A DNA stretch of 26,249 bases from a virus (lineage: Duplodnaviria > Heunggongvirae > Uroviricota > Caudoviricetes): IMG/VR virus record IMGVR_UViG_3300029517_000214, positions 1-26,249 of that record, one strand, 5' to 3'. Under the pieces are notes generated by a model that ran no database searches, was not told the DNA's origin, and saw only the letters and a list, made by a program, of their open reading frames with translations. The position numbers were made by a program, and so were the translations under genes. Shown here piece after piece: positions 17,603-24,995 of the stretch. Each line of letters begins with the position of its first letter. The first letter of the stretch is position 1.

Positions 17603-17872
17603 TCAATGAGTGCTCATCGATGAATTTTTTTCAGCGCCAATCTCACTCAAAAAAGCAAAACCTTTTGACGTTATCTCATTAGCAATCAATCCACCTTCGG
17701 CAGATTTGCTTCGTATAACATCGATAAAACCTATATCAGCAAGATCTGAAATAGCAAAGTTAACCTCTTTTGCTGAGAGATGAGGTAATGATGCAGCCTG
17801 AATTCTAGAATCCTTTGGCTGCAATTCATTCACTCGACGTAGTATTTCAAGATGGATAGAGGTCAGTTTCAT
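17603..17872 (-). CDS. Small hypothetical protein, possible winged-helix DNA-binding fold
   Basis: 89-aa ORF in the same AT-rich island, same strand and upstream of the membrane-protein gene; helix pattern HLEILRRVNEL...EVNFAISDLADIGFI suggests a wHTH. Confidence 0.5.
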   Translation of the reverse strand: MKLTSIHLEILRRVNELQPKDSRIQAASLPHLSAKEVNFAISDLADIGFIDVIRSKSAEGGLIANEITSKGFAFLSEIGAEKNSSMSTH

Positions 17873-17940
17873 AATGTTCTCCTGTTTTTAATGTTGTTTT
17901 ACAGAAAACATTATAACACATTGATTTTGATGTAGATTGA

Positions 17941-17980
17941 ATAGAAAAAAACCATAAAAAAACCTCGCAATAGCGAGGTC
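17941..17980 (-). terminator. Candidate tR' terminator of the late leader transcript
   Basis: Minus strand ACCTCGC-TATT-GCGAGGT hairpin (plus 17963..17980) followed by TTTTTTTATGGTTTTTTTC, about 100 nt after the Q stop codon. Confidence 0.5.
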
Positions 17981-18086
17981 GTAAAAATTGTTCAACGATA
18001 GATACACAAGCCCCATCGTTGAGAAAATCTTATCCATATTTTTTGAGAAATACAAGTATTATGTCGTTATCTTCGGCGAAAATCGC

Positions 18087-18839
18087 TTATCTCGTCACCC
18101 TTCTCAATTGTGCTTCAGCGTAAGCTTCCTCCTGCCAGCACTTTGTAACCAGTTTATCAATGACATCTGCATATCCTTTGTACCACTGATAATCCGTCAG
18201 GTCTGGTACCAGCTTCTGGACATGAAGCCGCGCCAGTGTGGTTGGTAAACGGCTAAACCGGTTTCCACTGCAACGCCCACAAATCTTATAAACAGGCGTG
18301 CCATGAAGCCGGGTTCTTTTTTCATCCAGGACAATACCTTTACCCTTACACCCTCTGCACGCGGTGCTGACTTCTCCCTTACCATGGCAATGCTGACATA
18401 GTTCCTTCACCCACTCTTCCTTGATAACAGATTCCCCGCTTCTGGAGTGTTTCACCACTTCGCGCAATACATTATGAAATCCAGTACCAGCACAATGCTC
18501 ACAGCGAGCCTTACTTGCCGCAGACCTGGAATAATCAGCAAAGGCAAAATTCACAAGGTAAGGGATGATCTGTAACCGGGTTTCTTCACTCAATTTGTTC
18601 AATGTCGGGTTATCCAGTGCCATCGCGTAATTGAGCAGACCTTCAATCGCAAACTGAGGATCCTGAACACCAACTTTTGCCAGGAATAAGGCAAACCCAA
18701 GCGGTGCTTTCGACTGCACCATCCCCTGCGCAGCCATCACATCCGTAATCGTTAAACCACCTGAGCCTGTCGCCGGTGCGTCATCGCTCAATTTTGGAGA
18801 TTTTGGGGAGTAATATTTTGGTAAGGCTTCAAGGTTCAT
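18087..18839 (-). CDS. Late-gene antitermination protein Q
   Basis: Cys-rich zinc-binding segments (CEHCAGTG, CQHCHGKGE, CRGCKGKG, CGRCSG). Start at MNLEALPKYY with GGAGAA RBS, which avoids overlap with the upstream gene. Positioned upstream of the lysis genes. Confidence 0.75.
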   Translation of the reverse strand: MNLEALPKYYSPKSPKLSDDAPATGSGGLTITDVMAAQGMVQSKAPLGFALFLAKVGVQDPQFAIEGLLNYAMALDNPTLNKLSEETRLQIIPYLVNFAFADYSRSAASKARCEHCAGTGFHNVLREVVKHSRSGESVIKEEWVKELCQHCHGKGEVSTACRGCKGKGIVLDEKRTRLHGTPVYKICGRCSGNRFSRLPTTLARLHVQKLVPDLTDYQWYKGYADVIDKLVTKCWQEEAYAEAQLRRVTR

Positions 18840-18852
18840 GCTCGTTCTCCAC

Positions 18853-19838
18853 TTACGCCAGCACGCCAATTGCCAGCGCACGATCGATAAAACGAAATAT
18901 CAGCTCCAACTGGGAGCCATACTTTTCTTCAAATGCCACGGTATCCGCATGCAGATCGTCGTGATGCTTTCTGCACAAAGGCAACACAAAGAGGTCATGC
19001 GCTTTTGTACCCATTCCCCCCTGACCGTCGCCTATCAGGTGGTGGGGATCATCAGCAAGCTTTCCACAACATGCACACGGCTGTGTCTTAACCCAGCGCG
19101 TGTACTTTTCATTAGCCCAGCGGCGACGTTTTGGGCGTAACATAAAAGACTCCGGCGACTCCGGATCCACTTTCAGCGCCAGCACCTTTTTCGCCTTATC
19201 CTGGATGATGCTGGTGGCAGGAACCGAAGGCACAAGGTCACTTTCCCGGGTGACAGACGGCACAACAGGCTTCGGTAATCTCAGTGCCTTACGGGCTGCA
19301 CTTTCCGGTAAGGCATCCGCCAGGTCATTACGAACCAGCCACCAGCACAGTTCCGGCATTGTCACAACGTGACTATCATCAAAACCGAGATCCCGACGCA
19401 CAACAGACAATACCCAGCGGGCACAGTTATCCGTTGCCATTGATTCCAGCCGTTCCGTGAACTGATCGCGCAACTGGTTATCGCAGTGCCAGCACAGACG
19501 GATTGCGCCCGGCGCGTGTCGCATTGTGGTCATGTTCTCGCTGTGCCAGTCGGANNNNNNNNNNNNNNNNNNNNNNNNNAGCTTTCAAGACATTCCACCC
19601 CACCAGCACGACGAATCACTGCCTCATTACGGAACACGGCCCGAACGACAGGATCATCCGCCAGCGGTTGTGATGCCGCGGGAACGGCACCACTGGCGAA
19701 AGATGAATAATGCTCCGGCTCAGGCTCCAGCAGTACACGCCCCTGCATAAACAGGGGCATCAGCTCTGAACCTGGTCTGAACAATACGATCCCCATACGC
19801 GGGGCAATTTCAGGGGTCAGTAGTGCTCTCACGGTCAC
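18853..19838 (-). CDS. DUF968-like (YdfU-like) protein, interrupted by an assembly gap
   Basis: Two ORF pieces (19530..19838 and 18853..19533) flank the N-run. The C-terminal part has a Cys/His-rich region (QPCACCGKLADDPHHL...CRKHHDDLH). Position directly upstream of Q matches ydfU next to quuQ in Qin. True length and frame across the gap are unknown. Confidence 0.5.
19556..19579. other. Assembly gap (24 N)
   Basis: Run of n characters in the sequence. Confidence 0.99.
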
Positions 19839-19839
19839 C

Positions 19840-20637
19840 TCAATGAACGGTATCGAGCAGCTTTAACAGCTCAGGGAATCGGGATTCGAAAAAGTGCGGC
19901 TGCGTCTCGCGCGGATTTGCGGGACTGGTGATGTTCTTGCCGAACATGCAGCCTTTCGCTGTCAGCGACCAGAATTTTTTGATGTTGTTAATCGCGGTAC
20001 GGCTGTATCGTTCGCGCTGTTCGACGATCCCCAGCTTCACCATCTGGTGATATGCCTGATTAGCCGTAAGGCGGATACCATACTGCTTCAGCAGTGCACT
20101 CAATGATAGCGTAGGGCGGCTTGAGCCATCGAGTGCATCAGCAGGAGCATCAATGGCATAGCGCGGTGCCAGATTCGGTAAGCCAACAGCCTCCTGAAGC
20201 TTCTGACAGGCACCAAGCACTGAAGAGTTAGACAGGTTTAACTCCCTGCGCATAAAGTCCAGCAGAATCACACCAGCCTGCATCTTGTCAGCAGCCTGCC
20301 CGGATAATTTTTCCGGTGCGCTGGTTACCATATCGAAAGTACGGATCACCTTCAGATGGAATGACGGGCTGATCCACATTGCATAGGCATACACCAGTTC
20401 TTTGCAGACATACGTCCCCTGGTTATTTCCGCCACGAATAACGTTAACTGGCTCTATATTGACCGAGTTGCAAATCTGCAACTCGCTTATTAAACGTTCA
20501 GTTTGCTCATTGCGGAGCCAGAATGCAGGCTTATGCTTATCCAGAGAACCGGCAGCCCTGTGCAGATCGTTCAGGCTGTAACGACCATAAGCATCACGAC
20601 GAACTTCAATACCATCAATGACCATCAGATTATTCAT
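19840..20637 (-). CDS. KilA-N domain protein
   Basis: N-terminus IDGIEVRRDAYGRYSLNDLHRAAG...KPAFWLRNEQTERLISEL fits the KilA-N domain; GAGGAG RBS upstream of ATG 20637. Confidence 0.7.
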   Translation of the reverse strand: MNNLMVIDGIEVRRDAYGRYSLNDLHRAAGSLDKHKPAFWLRNEQTERLISELQICNSVNIEPVNVIRGGNNQGTYVCKELVYAYAMWISPSFHLKVIRTFDMVTSAPEKLSGQAADKMQAGVILLDFMRRELNLSNSSVLGACQKLQEAVGLPNLAPRYAIDAPADALDGSSRPTLSLSALLKQYGIRLTANQAYHQMVKLGIVEQRERYSRTAINNIKKFWSLTAKGCMFGKNITSPANPRETQPHFFESRFPELLKLLDTVH

Positions 20638-20656
20638 ACTTCGTTTCTCCTCTTAA

Positions 20657-20905
20657 TCAGGCGGCTGCACCCGCCGTTTTCTCGTACTTACTGATAGTGA
20701 TCTCGACCTTCCCTTCCGGGATAACCGGTCCCCACTCCACCAGCATTCTTTTCACCTGACTGTCGTCTTCCCACACCCCCGCGTGGGTCAGGGCGTCAAA
20801 CAGCGCCTTGTTATAGTTGTCCAGATCGCGGATCCTGTTAGCGTGGATGCAATGGCAGTGTGGCACGTTGATTGCCAGTACATCCCTACAGAAAGCCTGA
20901 TTGAG
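20657..20905 (-). pseudogene. rusA: rusA (Holliday junction resolvase) 5'-truncated remnant
   Basis: C-terminal ~70 residues (ANRIRDLDNYNKALFDALTHAGVWEDDSQV...) align to the RusA C-terminal half. The frame opens only 13 codons upstream of a GTG with no RBS; about 40 N-terminal residues are absent. Confidence 0.55.
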
Positions 20906-21304
20906 TCAGATTGCACTGCGTATGTGGCCTACAAAAAAGGTAGCTGGAACGGCAACGATGTTTACTGGCTTCAACACGGTGGATTGCCAACAGATGACTT
21001 CAGTAAAGCGACCATCTTTAGCGTCGCCAACAAAAACGAACCAGGAATAGTTTGGTTGCCATTTTCCATTGCTGATGCAGCAAAGCGCAGGACGTTCAAT
21101 ATCAATAACTTTAACCGCAGAACAATGGTTCAGGGCGCAGGTTTGGTCATGCCTGACTGGTTGAAAGAGCAGAACAGAAGAAAGAAGTCGCGAAGCGGGA
21201 AGGTGCGTTGGAATTGTCCGCATTGCGGAAAAATCTCCTGGCAGTACAGCCCATATGATTTTGAAGGCTGTAGTGATTACAACTGTGAAGGATGGCGAGA
21301 ATGA
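20852..21304 (+). CDS. Hypothetical early protein with C-terminal Cys-rich zinc-ribbon-like tail; start uncertain
   Basis: Plus-strand ORF open from 20783 (GTG), overlapping the rusA remnant antisense; first ATG at 20852, alternative GTG at 20924. C-terminus NCPHCGKISWQYSPYDFEGCSDYNCEGW. Confidence 0.3.
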   Translation: MAVWHVDCQYIPTESLIESDCTAYVAYKKGSWNGNDVYWLQHGGLPTDDFSKATIFSVANKNEPGIVWLPFSIADAAKRRTFNINNFNRRTMVQGAGLVMPDWLKEQNRRKKSRSGKVRWNCPHCGKISWQYSPYDFEGCSDYNCEGWRE

Positions 21305-21897
21305 CAATTGACTATCAGGCACTGCGTGATGCGGCAGAAGCAATAAAAATAGCAGCCACACCACAAAAATTGCTGGCATTTCGTATGAAGGTCACACCTC
21401 AGGTTGTGCTGGCACTACTGGATGAACGGGAAAGGAACCAGCAATACATCAAATCCCGCGACCAGGAGAACGAGGAAATTGCGCTAACGGTAGGGAAGCT
21501 GCGCGTTGATCTGGAAGGCAAAGACAGCAAAATAGCCAATCTTACCGCCGAACGCGATGCTCTTCGTGAAGGTGAGATGGGCGACGCTAGGCATAGCAAC
21601 ACACGGGCCGCAGCTGATATCTACTTCCAACTGGTCGAGGAGTGCGAAATTCCTGCTGGCGGATCTCTGGTCGAGTACGTTGACGATATGCGCGAGAAGC
21701 TGGAAGCCGCAGAGAAGCGCATTGCTGAGCTGGAGTTGCGGGAGGTTGTGCTTCCGCAATGCTATAGCATGTTGCATCGCGTCGATTTTGACGAGCCTTA
21801 CCACACTGAAATGGTTTACAGGCAGCATCAGGTTCTTGAGGCACTGCACAACGCTGGAATAAACGTCACCGAAGCATGTAAAGGAGAGGCATCATGA
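21301..21897 (+). CDS. Ea22-like coiled-coil early protein
   Basis: Start MTIDYQALRDAAEAIK with AAGGA RBS and ATGA overlap with the upstream gene; coiled-coil segments such as LEAAEKRIAELELRE. Family call is from memory. Confidence 0.45.
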   Translation: MTIDYQALRDAAEAIKIAATPQKLLAFRMKVTPQVVLALLDERERNQQYIKSRDQENEEIALTVGKLRVDLEGKDSKIANLTAERDALREGEMGDARHSNTRAAADIYFQLVEECEIPAGGSLVEYVDDMREKLEAAEKRIAELELREVVLPQCYSMLHRVDFDEPYHTEMVYRQHQVLEALHNAGINVTEACKGEAS

Positions 21898-22379
21898 GCA
21901 CTATCACAAGAGAATGGCTGCAGCAGGCTATCAACGATTATGAAAGCGTTCGTGATGAGCTTCCTTTCGGGCTTGATGATTACCAGGGGAATATCCTGGC
22001 TGCCCTGCGTATTGCACTGGCATCGCTGGAAGCAGAGCCGGTGGCGTGGAAGGTAACATTCACGCAAATTGACCGTGAATATAACACGTTCACTGGTATG
22101 TATTCTGACAAAGCAGAAGTCGAACGGTGGGTGCGGCTGCATAAAGCATGTAATTTTCGGGCAGATATAACACCGCTTTATACCGCCCAGCAAGTGCCGG
22201 TAACTCCGGATGGTTGGGTTATGGTGACGAAGGAGTTAACCCCGGAAATGATGAGAGCCGTTCAGATTAGAAGTGAGCTTGGAGGGTATGCCACTTCCAA
22301 TCTATCTGGTGCATACAATATGTTTTCTGAGTTCTGGAATGTTGCTGTCTCAGCTGCGCCTAAGATGGATGATTTATGA
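21894..22379 (+). CDS. Hypothetical early-left protein
   Basis: 161-aa ORF with AGGAG RBS, ATGA coupling to the upstream gene and coupling to the downstream Lar-like gene; no recognisable motif. Confidence 0.5.
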   Translation: MSTITREWLQQAINDYESVRDELPFGLDDYQGNILAALRIALASLEAEPVAWKVTFTQIDREYNTFTGMYSDKAEVERWVRLHKACNFRADITPLYTAQQVPVTPDGWVMVTKELTPEMMRAVQIRSELGGYATSNLSGAYNMFSEFWNVAVSAAPKMDDL

Positions 22380-22678
22380 ATCTATATCGCTGCCCATTCT
22401 GTGGTTCCACTGTGCTTAACATCGGATACTCATTCAGTATCAGAGGGAAAATGCGCTATGTGTCATGCAAATGTGGTGCCCAAGGACCAGAAAAACGAAC
22501 TAAATCTGAAGCGATTTCTTCATGGAATAGTCGAATGAAAGTATGGGTTTATGATCCAGAAACCATATTAAACGCTGAAGAGCGCAGGAGAACGGAAGTC
22601 TATATTCATAACCTTAATGAAGATGGATTTACACCAGTGCTTGTAAAGGCTACTCCGCAGGAGGTTAACCATGGCTAA
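22376..22678 (+). CDS. Lar-family restriction alleviation protein
   Basis: MNLYRCPFCGS...YVSCKCGAQGPEKRTKSEAISSWNSR matches the Lar-family zinc-ribbon pattern (CPFCG ... CxCGAxGP ... AIxxWN); carries a ~40-aa C-terminal extension. Confidence 0.7.
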   Translation: MNLYRCPFCGSTVLNIGYSFSIRGKMRYVSCKCGAQGPEKRTKSEAISSWNSRMKVWVYDPETILNAEERRRTEVYIHNLNEDGFTPVLVKATPQEVNHG

Positions 22679-22778
22679 CCTGCAACTTGCCGTCAAAGGT
22701 GAATAACAATCCTCGCACTCGCGGGGATTTCTTTTATCTGAACTCGCTACGGCGAGTTTTGTTTTATGGAGATGAAAA

Positions 22779-22946
22779 ATGCACTTCCGAGTCACAGGTG
22801 AATGGAATGGAGAACCATTCAACAGAGTTATCGAAGCGGAGAACATCAATGACTGCTATGACCACTGGATGATATGGGCGCAGATAGCACATGCAGACAT
22901 AACCAATATTCGATTTGAAGAACTGAAAGAACACCAAGCCGCCTGA
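22779..22946 (+). CDS. Small hypothetical protein (55 aa, below the ORF-track cutoff)
   Basis: Hand-translated MHFRVTGEWNGEPFNRVIEAENINDCYDHWMIWAQIAHADITNIRFEELKEHQAA with GGAG RBS 7 nt upstream; its stop overlaps the next ATG. Confidence 0.35.
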   Translation: MHFRVTGEWNGEPFNRVIEAENINDCYDHWMIWAQIAHADITNIRFEELKEHQAA

Positions 22947-22972
22947 TGGCGGTTTTTTATTGGAGACAAGAA

Positions 22973-23317
22973 ATGTCAGATTTGGCTATGAAGATTTTGA
23001 AATGGCAATCGACTGGCGATGTCGGCATCAGTAGCGCAACTCTTGCCTCAATCGCGTGTGGACTGAAAAAGAATATCTATGGTCATCACTTCGGCGCTCC
23101 ACATGACGCAGCCGATTTCCGACGATGCGTTGCACTTGTTGAGCAGATTCCAGAAATCAGAGATTCATTCGACAAGGTTGCAAAGCGCGTTCCGACATTC
23201 AAAGGCATCCTCAACGAATGGGATTCCCTCGTTGCTCTGTTGAAGTCTGAAATGAAGATACACGGAAACAAAGCACCAGAGACTTACAGAAGAATTAGCG
23301 AGTTACGCAAGGACTAA
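22973..23317 (+). CDS. Hypothetical protein
   Basis: Start taken at MSDLAMKILK with GGAG RBS rather than the ORF-track start at 22946; no recognisable motif. Confidence 0.45.
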   Translation: MSDLAMKILKWQSTGDVGISSATLASIACGLKKNIYGHHFGAPHDAADFRRCVALVEQIPEIRDSFDKVAKRVPTFKGILNEWDSLVALLKSEMKIHGNKAPETYRRISELRKD

Positions 23318-23406
23318 CCACAGCCTCACACTCGATGAGGCCTGTTCATTTCTCAAGATATCCAGACCTACAGTAATCATGTCAATCCAATAAATGGAGA
23401 CTCCAA

Positions 23407-23754
23407 GTGGAAGAAGAAATCTTCACTCGTGAAGAGGCTGCGTCGTATCTGAAGGTAGACAAAGGCACTATCACGCAGTGGATACGAAGTGGACGACTTC
23501 AAGCCGCAAAGATAAATCCAGATAAACCTAAAAGCCCATATCGCATTTGCAAGTCAGACTGCATTGCGGCGCTTAAGTCTGTGAGACACAATGGCGCGGT
23601 GAATGCGGTTGATGTGCAGGAGGTTAAAGCATGTCAATCAAACTGCGCGGTGGCACATGGCACTGCGATTTCGTCGCGCCAGATGGATCAAGAGTTAGAC
23701 GCTCTCTTGAAACATCGGACAAGAGGCAAGCGCAAGAACTTCACGATCGTCTGA
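23407..23754 (+). CDS. xis: Excisionase-like DNA-binding protein (Xis)
   Basis: GTG start with GGAG RBS; N-terminus FTREEAASYLKVDKGTITQWIRSGRLQAAKI fits excisionase/AlpA-type HTH; immediately upstream of and overlapping int. True 3' end uncertain. Confidence 0.6.
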   Translation: MEEEIFTREEAASYLKVDKGTITQWIRSGRLQAAKINPDKPKSPYRICKSDCIAALKSVRHNGAVNAVDVQEVKACQSNCAVAHGTAISSRQMDQELDALLKHRTRGKRKNFTIV

Positions 23755-24791
23755 AAGCAGAAGCGTGGAGAGTAAAAAATCTCGGGGAATCACCGAAAAA
23801 GCTATTCAAGGAAGCCTGCATACGGTGGCTGCGTGAGAAATCGGATAAGAAGTCCATTGATGATGACAAGAGCATTATATCGTTCTGGATGTTGCACTTC
23901 AGAGAAACCATTCTCTCTGACATAACAACAGAAAAAATAATGGAGGCGGTAGACGGGATGGAAAACCGCCGCCATCGCCTGAACTGGGAGATGAGCCGGG
24001 ATAGGTGTTTGCGGCTTGGCAAGCCAGTGCCGGAGTATAAACCAAAGCTGGCAAGCAAAGGAACGAAGACGCGGCATCTGGCAATACTTCGCGCTATTCT
24101 CAATATGGCTGTTGAATGGGGATGGCTTGACAGGGCGCCCAAAATATCAACACCACGCGTTAAGAATGGACGAATCAGATGGCTTACAGAGGAGGAATCG
24201 AAGCGCCTGTTTGCAGAAATTGCTCCTCATTTCTTCCCTGTGGTCATGTTTGCAATCACGACAGGCCTTCGTCGTTCCAACGTTACAGACCTTGAGTGGT
24301 CACAGGTCGATCTGGATAAGAAAATGGCATGGATGCACCCTGATGAAACAAAAGCTGGCAATGCGATCGGAGTTCCTCTTAACGAAACCGCATGCCAGAT
24401 ATTAAGAAAACAGCAGGGGCTCCATAAGAGATGGGTATTTGTCCACACCAAACCTGCCTACCGAAGCGACGGAACAAAAACAGCAGCGGTAAGGAAGATG
24501 AGAACCGACAGCAACAAGGCATGGAAGGGAGCGTTAAAGCGGGCAGGCATTAGCAACTTCCGCTTCCATGACCTGAGGCATACCTGGGCAAGCTGGCTGG
24601 TTCAGTCCGGTGTCTCTCTTCTTGCACTTAAAGAGATGGGAGGATGGGAAACTCTCGAAATGGTTCAAAGATACGCCCACCTTTCAGCTTGGCATCTCAC
24701 CGAGCACGCGAGCAAAATCGATGCGATTATAAGTCGCAATGGCACAAATACGGCACAAGAGGAGAACGTAGTTTACTTAAATACGAGGTAA
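23631..24791 (+). CDS. int: Tyrosine-type site-specific integrase
   Basis: 386 aa with C-terminal catalytic motifs (HDLRHTWAS; LEMVQRYAHL with the catalytic Tyr); AGGAGG RBS; stop 14 nt from the tRNA 3' end. Confidence 0.9.
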   Translation: MSIKLRGGTWHCDFVAPDGSRVRRSLETSDKRQAQELHDRLKAEAWRVKNLGESPKKLFKEACIRWLREKSDKKSIDDDKSIISFWMLHFRETILSDITTEKIMEAVDGMENRRHRLNWEMSRDRCLRLGKPVPEYKPKLASKGTKTRHLAILRAILNMAVEWGWLDRAPKISTPRVKNGRIRWLTEEESKRLFAEIAPHFFPVVMFAITTGLRRSNVTDLEWSQVDLDKKMAWMHPDETKAGNAIGVPLNETACQILRKQQGLHKRWVFVHTKPAYRSDGTKTAAVRKMRTDSNKAWKGALKRAGISNFRFHDLRHTWASWLVQSGVSLLALKEMGGWETLEMVQRYAHLSAWHLTEHASKIDAIISRNGTNTAQEENVVYLNTR

Positions 24792-24805
24792 CTTATTGAT
24801 TTAGA

Positions 24806-24881
24806 TGGTGCCGATAATAGGAGTCGAACCTACGACCTTCGCATTACGAATGCGCTGCTCTACCAACTGAGCTATATCGGC
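24806..24881 (-). tRNA. thrW: tRNA-Thr (anticodon CGT), thrW-type
   Basis: Hand-folded cloverleaf: acceptor GCCGATA/TATCGGC, D arm GCTC/GAGC, anticodon stem GCGCA/TGCGC with loop TTCGTAA, T arm GTAGG/CCTAT, encoded CCA. Confidence 0.9.
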
Positions 24882-24995
24882 CCTGAAAGGACATGTTCAC
24901 GAACGTGAATCACGGTGGACAAGGTTAAAACTAACCGGGCGATGCGTCAATGGCCTTGTGAATCAAATGGCTACTTTTGCATCACCCGGTTTTAT

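Larger units (their letters stand above)
1..24805. mobile_element. Lambdoid prophage (HK97-type head, Mu/SfV-type contractile tail) at thrW; left end beyond the window
   Basis: Continuous phage gene order int-xis-early genes-Q-lysis-terminase-head-tail ending at the tRNA 3' end; tail genes run off the left edge. Confidence 0.85.

Noticed and set aside
22687-22872. 61-aa ORF 22687..22872
   Set aside because: No RBS, and it overlaps a better-supported 55-codon ORF in another frame (22779..22946) that has a GGAG RBS and stop-start coupling to the next gene.
23741-24451. Minus-strand ORFs inside the integrase gene (23741..24142, 23802..24077, 23899..24084, 24227..24451) and plus-strand 24016..24405
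   Set aside because: The integrase frame carries the conserved tyrosine recombinase catalytic motifs; the others are overlapping-frame artefacts.
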